From positions 3,087 through 67,086 of the forward strand of contig WTAT01000443.1 of the NCBI GenBank assembly GCA_013139415.1: a DNA stretch of 64,000 bases, read 5' to 3'. This DNA comes from Desulforhopalus sp. (lineage in GTDB: Bacteria; Desulfobacterota; Desulfobulbia; Desulfobulbales; Desulfocapsaceae). Numbering within the stretch: position 1 is the first letter of the stretch; every line of letters begins with the position of its first letter. The position numbers and the translations under genes were made by a program. Below are positions 29,209 to 39,687 of this stretch, in pieces. The notes beneath the pieces were generated by a model. The model was not told where the DNA came from. It did no database searches and saw only the letters and a program-made list of their open reading frames with translations.

Positions 29209-30938
29209 GCGTTCGCTCCTGCCTCGATTTTGTTTATGGCATCGTTCTTGAGGTTATAGAAAATATCACAGAGTTCGACTTGGTTGGGGCAATGTTCCTG
29301 GCAGAGATAGCAGGTGGAACAGCTCCAGATCATTTGGGAACCCATGGCCAGCTCCACATTACCAATTCCTAAGCTGAACATGATCTGATGGGGCAGTAAA
29401 CCCAATGCTTCAGCCGGATTGTCATAACTTCGCACCACCGGGCATATATTGGTGCAGCGTTGGCACGAAAAACAGCCTTTAAAGCTATTGTTAGCTGGGA
29501 GCGTACTTTTTCCAAGAGTTATGGGAGAAGCGAGATCCGCCAGATGCTGAAAATTCTTTTTAAAGAGGTCAGTCACCTTTTTAAGAGCCTTTATGTGGTC
29601 GTCGACAAAATTTTGTGCCAGAGCCAGGGGAAAGGAAAAATGACTGAGCATCGTAGTTTCAGGATCACCTTTATCAAGCAGGCTGTATCTTGAACTGACA
29701 AACAGCTCTTTCAGGTTAATACCGGAAGGACAAACCGTAGTGCAGCGATCACAACTGGTACAGACATACAATCCCTGTTGCATACGTTTGATAATATCAG
29801 GGTCATGCTCCTTGTTCGCCGCAAATTTTTTGAGATACTGAACTTTTTCTGAAGGAAGAATAAAATCGTTTTGGAATGTTTCGTAAAACATACCTGAGGA
29901 ACATTCTATTGAGCAGGACCCGCAATGAGTGCAGGCAGAGAGGCCAATCATCTGACTGTTGAGAATATTTGCAGGTTCCTGCAGTTCATCGTCAGTGACG
30001 CTCTTGATTATGAGACTGACGGGAGCGGCCAGGATATGAAACATTTTGCTGAATGGCAGCCAGGCTAAAAAGGACAGGCAGGCAAGGATGTGAAGGTACC
30101 AAAACATGGTTATCGTAGCGGAATCGCCAACAACTGCAGAAAACGGTCGAGTTATATTTGCCATGGCAAAGCTTGCAAAAGCTGCTTTGTTCGACGCGTG
30201 ACAATCCATGCAACTATCACTGTTTACCTCGCGGCCTTGGGCGATGAGTTCCGCATCAAAAGGTTTTGCCATATTAGGAGAGACTACACCGTTTTCCTGG
30301 ACCCAGAAGGCTTCAAGGGCTTTCGCTTCCTCTTCATCTAACGACGCATATTCCTCAACCATATTTTGATAGGTGGTAAAGGAAGATATTTTTGAGCCCT
30401 CAAGCAACATGCCAGAGAGGATGATCACTCCAACAAAAACTAGAGCAGCCCAGTCACTTAAATAGGTCACAAACCGCTTTGGTTTTAATGAAATCCTTCT
30501 GAAAATGGCTATACCAACACCAGCGAGTACCATCACTCCAAAGAGATTTCGTAAGAAAAGGAAAGGATTTAAAGTAGGTTGGTAATCATTAAAGAGGGCA
30601 TCAGACACTGTCGAACCGAGGGCATGCATGAAAAACAGCAGGATAAAACCAACGAAAATCAGGGTATGCGCAGTCCAACGGAGGTAACTCTTGTCGAAAA
30701 CACGTTTCTGGAAAAGTAAATCAACGAAAATTGATTTTAGGAGAAGAAGGATTTTAGTACTAAAGAACACCCCGAGTAAGCCCTGCAGGCCGGCACTGAT
30801 TCTTTTACCAACATTGAGAACTGCTGCGTGGGGTGAGGTAGAAGGTCTTATGCCTTGGGAAAACCAGATTGACAATCTAAAAAATAATCCAACCAAACAG
30901 ACAATGACAGATAAACCCAGTAGTATATTAAAATCCAT
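29205..30938 (-). CDS. NarI/HdrE-like membrane protein fused to a heme-c motif and two HdrC-like [4Fe-4S] domains
   Basis: About 5 TMs with His (AHTLIF, FMHAL, YLHIL, PFSKMFH); CMDCH; four CxxCxxCxxxC motifs. Confidence 0.82.
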   Translation of the reverse strand: MDFNILLGLSVIVCLVGLFFRLSIWFSQGIRPSTSPHAAVLNVGKRISAGLQGLLGVFFSTKILLLLKSIFVDLLFQKRVFDKSYLRWTAHTLIFVGFILLFFMHALGSTVSDALFNDYQPTLNPFLFLRNLFGVMVLAGVGIAIFRRISLKPKRFVTYLSDWAALVFVGVIILSGMLLEGSKISSFTTYQNMVEEYASLDEEEAKALEAFWVQENGVVSPNMAKPFDAELIAQGREVNSDSCMDCHASNKAAFASFAMANITRPFSAVVGDSATITMFWYLHILACLSFLAWLPFSKMFHILAAPVSLIIKSVTDDELQEPANILNSQMIGLSACTHCGSCSIECSSGMFYETFQNDFILPSEKVQYLKKFAANKEHDPDIIKRMQQGLYVCTSCDRCTTVCPSGINLKELFVSSRYSLLDKGDPETTMLSHFSFPLALAQNFVDDHIKALKKVTDLFKKNFQHLADLASPITLGKSTLPANNSFKGCFSCQRCTNICPVVRSYDNPAEALGLLPHQIMFSLGIGNVELAMGSQMIWSCSTCYLCQEHCPNQVELCDIFYNLKNDAINKIEAGANA

Positions 30939-31320
30939 GGTTAAATCTCTATACCCTCAGTCTTATTCCAAAAAGTGGAATGGTTTATGGTTTATCAATT
31001 TGTGGCTATCAAATTATATGAATCAAATTTGTATTAATCACAAATGATACTCGTCGCCTCCTTCTCTCAACCTCAAAAATTTTTTCTCTCGAATATGAAA
31101 AAAGAACTGCTTGTTTTTCCACTAAAACGTACACTTCGGAAAAACGGTTTTTTCACTATAAAACAGTATTTTTTGTATGGCCAATTGCCAATTCACCAAA
31201 GATTACCAAAGAAGAATATACTGTTTTTTATTGCACGAGTCGAGCAGTCATTTACGCTGATATAAAAAAGATTGATCATGATTATCTGCAAAAAACAGGT
31301 GTAACATTGGATAGAGTAAT

Positions 31321-32856
31321 TCAGCCAATGGACATGAATTGGAATTCATTTGAGACTGGTTCCTCTGGAAGTTCAAGAAGAATAGTTGTGCCCTCAGGGC
31401 CGGTATGTTCAATGGAAATTTTACCGTGATTTTCTTCCAAAATACCATAGGCCATGCTGAGTCCGAGCCCGGTACCTTTGCCGATTTCCTTGGTGGTAAA
31501 AAAGGGGTCGAATACCTTTGACAGGTTTTCCAAGGGGATGCCGCTACCTGTATCAGTTACGGCAATATAGGCCTTGACCTCCTTACGGTCGCGATATGTC
31601 TTGAGGGTGAGGGTGCCTCTACCTTCCATGGCGTCAATGGCATTTATTATCAGGTTGATTAATACCTGGCAAAGTTGGTTCTTATCAGCATTGACGAGAA
31701 TTTGACAGTCGTCGAGCTCTTTGATGATTTTCACGTTCATAAAGAGCTTTTGATCTCTGATCAGTCGTAAACTTTCGCCGACTAGATTGTTCAGGTAAAA
31801 GACGTCTTTTGCTGGCTGGGTCTGACGACTGTAGGCCAGGAGGTTCTTGACTATTTCTTTGCATCGTTCGGCATCTTCAAGGACATAATTGAGGTTGTTT
31901 GCCAAGGGGTGCTCTTCTTCAAGTTTTTCCTTCATCAGATTGCCATAGAGAAGGATACTTGTCAGTGGGTTATTGATTTCATGGGCAACACCTGCAGCCA
32001 ACCGGCCAAGAGATGCCAGTTTTTCCGATTGGAAGAGTTGGTTTTCCGTTTCTTCAAGTTTCTTCTGGACGGCTTGTTTTTCCCTCAAATCGTTAAAAAT
32101 TGCTGCACTTGCCGCCTCCTGTCCATCTTCGTATATGATGGCTGAAGTCATTTCGACGGGAATCTGTTCACCTTTTTTGGTTATGATATTGACTTGGGTA
32201 CTGGGTAGTTTTCCAACCTCTCCTATGTTCTCATCGCGAAGTTTTTTCATGATTTCGCGAGCAACACCAGGAGGATAAAAATCCTCAATATTTACTAAGT
32301 TAGCATCGCTCACAGAGTAACCAAATAGTTCCTCAGCTGCTTTATTCATCAGGATGATTTCACCCTTGCGATCGGAGGCCATGATGGCACTGACCGAACT
32401 TTGAACGACTTTGTCAATCAATTGCCTGACATCACTATATTTTTTTTCAAGGTGTTTGACTTTTGTTATGTCTCGAAGACTTTCAATTACATATTTAACT
32501 TCCCCACAGTCTCCCAAGATAGGGGCAAAAACCCGTTCTTCCCATATAATCTCTCCATCGTCAGCGATTTTTTTATGGACAACAGATTGATTTTCTTTTG
32601 ATTCTAATACTCGTTGCAGGGGACAGTTTGCCCCGGAACAGGACATGTGCTTGACTGTTCTATCTTCAGAAAGAATATCTTCGCAGGTTCTTCCGATGAT
32701 TTTGGCGGCGCGGGCTCTGTTTCGCTCATAAAACTTTTTATTAGCCGCAAGGATAGTGCGATCGGGTTTTAAAATGAGGGTAGGAAAGGAGAGAGCGTCA
32801 AACACACGAAGACGCCAGTCGGCTTCATTTATGTCAATATCAGTTGAATCTATCAT
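31321..32856 (-). CDS. cytoplasmic PAS-PAS sensor histidine kinase
   Basis: Two PAS-like segments, AHEINNPL, NLIINAIDA, DTGSG, GTGLGL; no TM seen. Confidence 0.92.
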   Translation of the reverse strand: MIDSTDIDINEADWRLRVFDALSFPTLILKPDRTILAANKKFYERNRARAAKIIGRTCEDILSEDRTVKHMSCSGANCPLQRVLESKENQSVVHKKIADDGEIIWEERVFAPILGDCGEVKYVIESLRDITKVKHLEKKYSDVRQLIDKVVQSSVSAIMASDRKGEIILMNKAAEELFGYSVSDANLVNIEDFYPPGVAREIMKKLRDENIGEVGKLPSTQVNIITKKGEQIPVEMTSAIIYEDGQEAASAAIFNDLREKQAVQKKLEETENQLFQSEKLASLGRLAAGVAHEINNPLTSILLYGNLMKEKLEEEHPLANNLNYVLEDAERCKEIVKNLLAYSRQTQPAKDVFYLNNLVGESLRLIRDQKLFMNVKIIKELDDCQILVNADKNQLCQVLINLIINAIDAMEGRGTLTLKTYRDRKEVKAYIAVTDTGSGIPLENLSKVFDPFFTTKEIGKGTGLGLSMAYGILEENHGKISIEHTGPEGTTILLELPEEPVSNEFQFMSIG

Positions 32857-32943
32857 GGGGTTATATACTGCGAGAGTCTAAGTCAAAATTGTGATCGATG
32901 AGGTGGTCGATAAAACTACGCCACAAAATTACCACCATTGCGA

Positions 32944-33450
32944 TTAAATTGTGGTCGGTATGAGAAAGGTATCTTTAAGAATTTTCAAACCGCTACTGCC
33001 TTGTTTTTGGGAGGTAACAAAATACATACTGGTACCCGCACATCCGGAGACAAGTATGTCGATGTTGTTTTGCAAAAGAGCGTTAAAAGCGACATCCACA
33101 ATACCAAATCTATCTTGAAAATGTGGCCCGAATAAATACAATAAATCCACAGGCTGCTTAATGCTGAATTCAGTATTCGGTTCATCTTTGACCCATTCTG
33201 TAAGCTTTTCGCTCAGTTTTTTAGAATTCTTTCGGTCAAAAAGCAGATGTAACTCTATTATATTCTTGTCGGTGGCGTGAGAGGTAACAAGTTCGAATCG
33301 TTTTACACAGTCCTCAAAAGCGCTTGTCCGCACTCCCCATAATTCGGTTTTATTTGAAGGGAAGCGGAGAATTCCTAAGGCCAGATCGGCTTTTTCCGTG
33401 ATGCCGTAAACTTTAACCTGTTCTTCCTTATAAACTGCAACAGTTTCCAC
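32944..33450 (-). CDS. stand-alone ACT (aspartokinase regulatory-like) protein
   Basis: VYGITEK N-terminus; FGPHFQDRFGIVDVAFNAL ... GTSMYFV ACT-like pattern. Confidence 0.6.
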   Translation of the reverse strand: METVAVYKEEQVKVYGITEKADLALGILRFPSNKTELWGVRTSAFEDCVKRFELVTSHATDKNIIELHLLFDRKNSKKLSEKLTEWVKDEPNTEFSIKQPVDLLYLFGPHFQDRFGIVDVAFNALLQNNIDILVSGCAGTSMYFVTSQKQGSSGLKILKDTFLIPTTI

Positions 33451-33475
33451 TTACGTTTCTCCAAGAATGAGTAGC

Positions 33476-33994
33476 TCACAACTGTATCTGTGTTACCCGA
33501 AAACCCTGTCGAAACGGAGCATGATTTTCAGGCAGAGCTAGAATAGCTTGTATTTTTTCAGCAATTTGGTCCAGAAGGAAATAATCAGTGTTAAGTGCGA
33601 TTGCCGAAATAGAAGTGCTGAGGGAATGAATAGGAAATCCGTATTTGCCGAAAAAGTTGATAACCAGGCCCAGTAGCTTAAATTCGTTTCTGTGCGGAAA
33701 GAGGGTAAGGGTACCTACGGATGGGATGATGCTGATATGCTCGTCTTGAAAGGATGAAAAGTTTAGGATTTGCTGAATATTACCAAGATCAGAACAGTCA
33801 ACGCAGAAAATGCTCTCAGGTGTTTTGGTAACTACAGAATGACACAAAAATGGAATGTTAATATTTCTTTCTGCAATCAGATGTAGCAATTGGGATAAAG
33901 ACGAATAGTCAGAGGCTCTGCAAGCAACTGTTACCTGTGCCAGTTCATCACTGAACTTGATACCACCAATACGAACTTTTTGAACATCTTCCAT
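33476..33994 (-). CDS. stand-alone ACT (aspartokinase regulatory-like) protein
   Basis: IGGIKFSDELAQVTV, IAERNINI, LSTSISAIA resemble aspartokinase beta-subunit ACT repeats. Confidence 0.65.
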   Translation of the reverse strand: MEDVQKVRIGGIKFSDELAQVTVACRASDYSSLSQLLHLIAERNINIPFLCHSVVTKTPESIFCVDCSDLGNIQQILNFSSFQDEHISIIPSVGTLTLFPHRNEFKLLGLVINFFGKYGFPIHSLSTSISAIALNTDYFLLDQIAEKIQAILALPENHAPFRQGFRVTQIQL

Positions 33995-34006
33995 TGACTA
34001 GCCACG

Positions 34007-34056
34007 AAAGAAAAAATGTTTTCCCTTGCCGTGAACGCTGGTGGCAAGGGAAAACA
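34007..34056 (-). terminator. intrinsic terminator after the response regulator
   Basis: TGTTTTCCCTTGCC / GGCAAGGGAAAACA 14-bp stem with a U-run on the minus strand. Confidence 0.6.
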
Positions 34057-34065
34057 GGAGAGAAA

Positions 34066-34449
34066 TTACAGATTGTCCTGAACTATTTCCATGAGCTTAT
34101 CGAGATCAATAGGCTTAGGTACAAAATCATCAGCCAGGGTCGTTTTCCCGCCCATATGTGTATAATTCGTCGACTTAATTGCTTCTGTAACCGCTGTCAG
34201 CAGCACAATGATAATATCTTTGTAATCATCTGAATTTTTAAGTTCATCACACAAAGTATACCCATCTTTTCGCGGCATCATGACATCGAGAATGATCAGC
34301 TCAGGGCGTTCTTCCTTGATACGATCCATGGCTTCGAGACCATCATATGCTTTGGCGACGCGAAAGTTTGCACTTTCCAACTTCATGGAGACCATTTCCA
34401 CGAGGTCTGTGTCGTCATCTACCACAAGAATAAGTTTACTATCGCTCAT
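34066..34449 (-). CDS. single-domain response regulator
   Basis: ILVVDDD, ILDVMMP, LTA, VPKP. Confidence 0.92.
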   Translation of the reverse strand: MSDSKLILVVDDDTDLVEMVSMKLESANFRVAKAYDGLEAMDRIKEERPELIILDVMMPRKDGYTLCDELKNSDDYKDIIIVLLTAVTEAIKSTNYTHMGGKTTLADDFVPKPIDLDKLMEIVQDNL

Positions 34450-34497
34450 GTTTAATTCTCCTCCATCTGCTTATTGGTTGAAAACTTCTTTCATTGT

Positions 34498-35421
34498 TTA
34501 TACCTGAGGTCGAGGAAGAAGTCCTGCTCTTTCACAAATTTCTTCAACTTTTTCTTCCCACTCTATTGCCATGATATGAAAACCGGCAACACCTTCGATC
34601 TTTTTGATCCTTTCAATTGTCTCGACACAGATGGTAACACCTTCTTCCGCCTGCTTCTCTTTTGGCACAGACGCCATTCGATCAATAATCTCCTGGGGTA
34701 CATCCATACCCGGAACTCTTTTGGCCATATAACGGGCAGCTCCAAGAGATTTGCAGGGGGTGACGCCGGCAAGAATGTAACACTTCTTGTGGAGTCCTTT
34801 CTCACGAACACCTTCCATCCATTTTTCAAATTTATCCACGTTAAAGATACACTGGGTCTGGATAAAATCGGCTCCGGCTGCTATCTTCTTGGCCAGACGC
34901 ATGACTCTCAACTCAAAAGGATCGGCAAAAGGATTGGCTGCAGCTCCGATAAACATTTTGGGAGCCCCTTTTAATTCCGCACCACCCTGAAATATTTCTT
35001 TGTCACGCATATCTTTTACCATCTGGATCAACTGGATGGAATCTATGTCGTGGACGTTCATGGCCATTGGATGGTCGCCGAACTTGGTATGGTCGCCGGA
35101 CAGACAAAGCATGGTGTCAATACCAAAGGAATAGGCACCAATAATATCGGCCTGCATGGCCAATCTGTTACGATCTCTACATGTAACCTGAAAAAGAGGG
35201 TTTAAACCCTGCTGCTTAATGATAACTGAAGCCGCCAGGCTGGACATGCGCACCATGGCTGTCTGGTTGTCTGTCACATTTACTGCATCAACAATGCCCT
35301 CAAGGTACTTAGATTTTTCTACCACTTCGTCGTATTTTGCTCCGCGGGGTGGGCCACATTCAGAAGTGACTGCCATGTGTCCCGCTGCCAAAATCTTTTC
35401 TAGTTTGCTTTCAGTTTTCAT
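34498..35421 (-). CDS. metF: methylenetetrahydrofolate reductase, MetF subunit
   Basis: SECGPP, VTDNQ, TCRDRNR, LSGDH, GADFIQTQ. Confidence 0.92.
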   Translation of the reverse strand: MKTESKLEKILAAGHMAVTSECGPPRGAKYDEVVEKSKYLEGIVDAVNVTDNQTAMVRMSSLAASVIIKQQGLNPLFQVTCRDRNRLAMQADIIGAYSFGIDTMLCLSGDHTKFGDHPMAMNVHDIDSIQLIQMVKDMRDKEIFQGGAELKGAPKMFIGAAANPFADPFELRVMRLAKKIAAGADFIQTQCIFNVDKFEKWMEGVREKGLHKKCYILAGVTPCKSLGAARYMAKRVPGMDVPQEIIDRMASVPKEKQAEEGVTICVETIERIKKIEGVAGFHIMAIEWEEKVEEICERAGLLPRPQV

Positions 35422-36086
35422 TCTGCCAAATCCTCTCTTATAATCTTTCTGGGACCACTGCCACCACCCGACCTCCAGTCTTTAGCCGGCACATTTTCCA
35501 AATACATATCCTGAAGGCCAAGGGCTTTCAGTCTGTCCCAGATAAGTTGCCATGCGCAGTCAACGTCATCACTTATCTCACACTTACCACCGGTAGACCC
35601 ACCGCAAGGGCCATTCATCAGTTGTTTTGCGCATCTGGCAATCGGACAGATGCCGCCGGTAATTCCTAAAAGGCAATTACCGCAGCCCTGGCATCTTTCC
35701 GCCCAAACACCCTGACGCTCAGAAGCGCCCATAAATGTGGTATTGACGGCAGGAAATACTGGTTTGTCCTTAAATCGCATCGCTATCTGCTGGACTCCAC
35801 AACCGCAGGCCATAGACATGACCGCATCGGCGTTGTCTATCATAGGTACCAGTTCTTCCACATACTCGGGGTCGCATTGTCTCTCGAGTGTATGTTGCTG
35901 GATTTCAATGTTGATGCCATTTTTCAGCATTGCCATCTGGAGGCCGGAAGCGAGCAGTCCTACTTCCTTCCTGCCGCCGGCGGCGCAAACGGTTACACAC
36001 TCGTTGCAGCCAAGCAGCAATATGCGCTTGAAAGGCTTAACGTACGCAATTAGTTCTTCTAAAGGTTTTCGTTCAGCAGTGATCAT
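35418..36086 (-). CDS. metV: methylenetetrahydrofolate reductase, MetV (Cys-rich) subunit
   Basis: GCNECVTVC, RQCD, ACGCGVQ, CQGCGNC, CPIARCAK, NGPCGG, CAW; overlaps metF. Confidence 0.88.
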   Translation of the reverse strand: MITAERKPLEELIAYVKPFKRILLLGCNECVTVCAAGGRKEVGLLASGLQMAMLKNGINIEIQQHTLERQCDPEYVEELVPMIDNADAVMSMACGCGVQQIAMRFKDKPVFPAVNTTFMGASERQGVWAERCQGCGNCLLGITGGICPIARCAKQLMNGPCGGSTGGKCEISDDVDCAWQLIWDRLKALGLQDMYLENVPAKDWRSGGGSGPRKIIREDLAE

Positions 36087-36136
36087 GGTGGTTCACTCTC
36101 CTTATTTTTTATACCGTCAACAAAAAACGTTGTCGG

Positions 36137-36559
36137 TTACTGGGCTATGGCAGCTTTTACAGGGCTGGGACCGAGATTGCGTATTTTTTCAGTAATCTCC
36201 GTTGCCACCTGTGCAAAGCGATGTCCCATTCCGGCTGACACATTGACCATTTCAAGTCGTTCGCTTTCGATGCCGATTTCTTCAAGATACTTTTTGACAT
36301 AGTCGATTCGTCGCGCAGCCTTTTCATTACCATTTTTAAAGTGGCAATCACCTTCCAGGCAGCCTGCCACATAAACACCATCTGCACCTTTTTCAAAAGC
36401 TGTGACGATATGCTGGGCATCAACCTTACCAGAACAGGGCACCTGAATGATCTTAACATTAGGGGGATATGGCAGGCGTTGGCTTCCCGCCATATCCGCA
36501 GCGGTATAGGCACAGTAGTGGCAGCAGAAAGCTACTATTACCGGTTCAAAATTTTCCAT
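36137..36559 (-). CDS. mvhD: MvhD/FlpD-type [2Fe-2S] subunit
   Basis: FCCHYCAY, PCSG, GADGVYVAGC, CHF. Confidence 0.92.
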   Translation of the reverse strand: MENFEPVIVAFCCHYCAYTAADMAGSQRLPYPPNVKIIQVPCSGKVDAQHIVTAFEKGADGVYVAGCLEGDCHFKNGNEKAARRIDYVKKYLEEIGIESERLEMVNVSAGMGHRFAQVATEITEKIRNLGPSPVKAAIAQ

Positions 36560-39500
36560 TATGCATTTATCCTTTCAAGAAGTTGTTCCACCTTTGCCAA
36601 AATTCGGTCGTCTTCAAATTGCATCAGTTGAATGGCTTTTGCCGGACATTCTGAGACACACATACCACAACCATGACATTTGGCTGGATCAATTTCAGAG
36701 TACCCATCCGCATTGATAAAGGGGACGTCAAACGGGCATGCCCTGACGCAGATCAGACAAGCGGCACATAAATTGCCGTCAACTCTAGCCGAAGCTGCAC
36801 CCAGGTTGATAACATCCCTTGCCAGCATTGTCTGGGCGCGAGCCGCAACAGCATTGGCCTGGGTAACGCTCTCCCTGATCAATTTAGGAGAATGCGCAGT
36901 ACCGGCAACATAGAAGCCGGGAACAGACATGTCAACCGGTCTGAGTTTAACGTGGTCTTCAAGGAAGTACCCATCGTTGGTACGGGGCACCTTGAAAATC
37001 ATCGCTAATTCCTCAGTGGAATCGTTATCCGCAATCATGCCTGTGCTGAGGCTCAGATTGTCCGCAGTAACAGTTAGTTTCATACCTAGAATTGCATCAT
37101 AAAAGGTAACATCTACCTGTTCACCAGCAGCTTCTACCACTGGAGGGGTCTCAACATCGTAACGGACAAAGAGCACACCCTTGCTTCTTGCCTCCTGATA
37201 GTATTCTTCCTGGAAACCATAGGTTCTCATATCTCGGTAGAGAACAAAGACTCGAGCCTCTGGGTTGATTTCAAGAATAGCCAGGGCATTTTTGATAGCG
37301 TTTTGGCAACAGATTCGAGAACAATTGGGATTCTCAGCCGTCCGGGAACCAACGCACTGTATCATTACCACGTTTTCCCATTTTTTAACGGCCTCTGGAT
37401 TCTCATGGATAAATTTCTGGGTTTCCAGTTGGGTCCTGACTGCGGCTGATTGATCGAGCAGATATTCGGACGGACGATTAGAGAGCGCACCTGTCGCTAA
37501 AATTGTGACGCCATGTTCGATTTGTCTGTAGAACATTTGTGGTCCACTCTGCATTCCAGTCTTGAACATACCTGGCATGCCGCTATGGTCAACGATCAGT
37601 GCCCGAGTGAAAACTTGAATTTTCGGATGACTCTCAACCTTGGCTATTAAATCGCCAACAAAGGGCTGAACATCATTACCTTCCAGGGTCTTTATAAGCT
37701 CTTTGGCCATTCCTCCGAGTTGCTTACTTTTTTCTGCCAGGTAAACCTGAAATCCTTGATCGGCAAGTTTGAGAGCAGTGGTCATGCCTGTTACACCGCC
37801 GCCAACTACCAGGGCATTTTTATTCATTGGCAGGCTTTGATCAGTTAGTGGCTGTGCCTTGACAGCGGCACCAACAGCCATCTTGATCAGCTCTTTCGCC
37901 TTTACAGTTGCTTCGTCTGGAGTCCCTGAATGAACCCAGGTCACCTGGTCTCTGATATTGGCAATTTCAACCAAATATTTGTTCAGCCCGGCCTTGCCAA
38001 GCAGGTCCTGAAATTTGGTCAGATGAGTGCGGGGGGAACAGCCGCCAATAACAACGCGGTTGAGTTGTTCCTCCTCTATGGTCTGGCGAATATTTTCCAT
38101 GGACAAACGGCTACAGCCATGACCTTCAGCTTTGGCAACAGCGACATAAGGCAGGCCGCTGGCATGCTGAACGAGATTATCCACATCAATAACTCCACCG
38201 ATGTTCTCGCCACAGTCGCAGATGAAAACACCAACCTTGGGTTCTTCCTGGCTAATGTCTCTTTCTCGGCTCGCTTCAGATTCTTCTGTGGTCTTTTTCT
38301 CGGCAAGAGGAAGATCAGCGCCTGCCATACAAGCAGCGGCGCTTGCCTGGACCATGGTCTCAGGGATGTCTTTCGGGCTTTCAAAGGTACCGGCTACATA
38401 GACACCTGGTTTCGTGGTGGCAACAGGATTAAATCCTTCAGTTACCGGAAAGAAATCATCATTGAGCTCAAGTCCAATGGTGGTCGCAAGTGCTCGGGTA
38501 TCTTCGGAGGTTTTGAACCCGGTTGACAGGACGACCATGTCAAACTTCTCGTCAAACTGTTCGGTACTGTCAGCTTTAGTGTAGGTAAGGGTAAGGTTAT
38601 CTTGCCCTTCGTGCTGAAGGATGGAGTGAGGGCGGCTGCGAAGTAAGCGAACGCCGTATTCATCTTTAGCGCGATTAAGATATAGTTCGTAATCCTTGCC
38701 AAAGGTTCTCATATCCATATAGAAGATGGTCGTCTCTATATCTTCCTGGAATCGCTCCTTGGTAACCATTGCCTCTTTTAAGGCAAACATACAACAGGCA
38801 TTGGAGCAGTAGGCTCCGGCACCCTTTTGCAACCCTCTGGAGCCAATGCATTGAATCCAGGCAACTTTTTTGGGTTGCTTGCCGTTTGAAGGGCAGAGAA
38901 GCTTGCCTTCGGTCGGCCCGGATGCGGAAAGAATTCGCTCGTATTCAAGACTGGTAACCACATCAGGAAGCTTGGCATAACCAAGATAATCAAGTTCCGT
39001 CGGATCAAAAAGTGAGGCACCAGGTGATAAGACAATGGAGGCGCATTTAATCTCACGCTTTATCGGCATATCGTCAGGATTTATTGCACCGGCGGGACAT
39101 ACGCTAACCAGAGCCTTTACATCGGTACATTTGTCTAAATCGATAGAAAATGACTGAGGTGTAGCCTGGGGGTAGCGCATGCAGGTTGGTGCCCGGTGGT
39201 CAAGACCGGGGTTGAATCGCACACACTCGGGGAACTCTTTAAAGCAGTCCCCGCAACCGGTACATTTTTCAAGGTTAATAAATCTTGGTTGGGTTTTGAC
39301 TGTAACCGAGAAGTTACCTTTTTCCCCGGTAACACCTTCGACGCTCGTCATAGTCATGAGCTCGATATGTTCCTGGCGGTTACTCTCGGAAAGGTGGGGG
39401 GCAATAGTACAGAGATCGCAGTTGTTGGTTGGAAAGGTCCTGTCCAGTTGGGTCATAAGACCCCCGATGGTGTAGTCCTTATCGACAAGAACGACATCTT

Positions 39501-39603
39501 TTTCCGATTCAGCTAAATCCAGAGCCGTTCGTATCCCACCGAGACCTCCACCGACAACGAGTACTTTGTTATTTTGGGTTTCGATTTTATTTGAATTCTG
39601 CAT
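36559..39603 (-). CDS. hdrA: large HdrA-like flavo-iron-sulfur protein (two FAD modules)
   Basis: GGGLGG and GGGVTG; LDRTFPTNNC; QCIGSR/QCVGSR; YCSNACC; PKDIPET; C-terminal 2x[4Fe-4S]. Confidence 0.92.
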   Translation of the reverse strand: MQNSNKIETQNNKVLVVGGGLGGIRTALDLAESEKDVVLVDKDYTIGGLMTQLDRTFPTNNCDLCTIAPHLSESNRQEHIELMTMTSVEGVTGEKGNFSVTVKTQPRFINLEKCTGCGDCFKEFPECVRFNPGLDHRAPTCMRYPQATPQSFSIDLDKCTDVKALVSVCPAGAINPDDMPIKREIKCASIVLSPGASLFDPTELDYLGYAKLPDVVTSLEYERILSASGPTEGKLLCPSNGKQPKKVAWIQCIGSRGLQKGAGAYCSNACCMFALKEAMVTKERFQEDIETTIFYMDMRTFGKDYELYLNRAKDEYGVRLLRSRPHSILQHEGQDNLTLTYTKADSTEQFDEKFDMVVLSTGFKTSEDTRALATTIGLELNDDFFPVTEGFNPVATTKPGVYVAGTFESPKDIPETMVQASAAACMAGADLPLAEKKTTEESEASRERDISQEEPKVGVFICDCGENIGGVIDVDNLVQHASGLPYVAVAKAEGHGCSRLSMENIRQTIEEEQLNRVVIGGCSPRTHLTKFQDLLGKAGLNKYLVEIANIRDQVTWVHSGTPDEATVKAKELIKMAVGAAVKAQPLTDQSLPMNKNALVVGGGVTGMTTALKLADQGFQVYLAEKSKQLGGMAKELIKTLEGNDVQPFVGDLIAKVESHPKIQVFTRALIVDHSGMPGMFKTGMQSGPQMFYRQIEHGVTILATGALSNRPSEYLLDQSAAVRTQLETQKFIHENPEAVKKWENVVMIQCVGSRTAENPNCSRICCQNAIKNALAILEINPEARVFVLYRDMRTYGFQEEYYQEARSKGVLFVRYDVETPPVVEAAGEQVDVTFYDAILGMKLTVTADNLSLSTGMIADNDSTEELAMIFKVPRTNDGYFLEDHVKLRPVDMSVPGFYVAGTAHSPKLIRESVTQANAVAARAQTMLARDVINLGAASARVDGNLCAACLICVRACPFDVPFINADGYSEIDPAKCHGCGMCVSECPAKAIQLMQFEDDRILAKVEQLLERINA

Positions 39604-39687
39604 TGTTACCTTTTCTAGTCACAGGTTTAGCAGGGTTAAACGAATTATTCGGTCAATCCTTGGATAAATTGCTATATGTTCCAAAAA

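Noticed and set aside
36137-39603. Further selenocysteine codons in HdrA or MvhD
   Set aside because: Both ORFs are continuous with Cys at the usual positions; no in-frame TGA.
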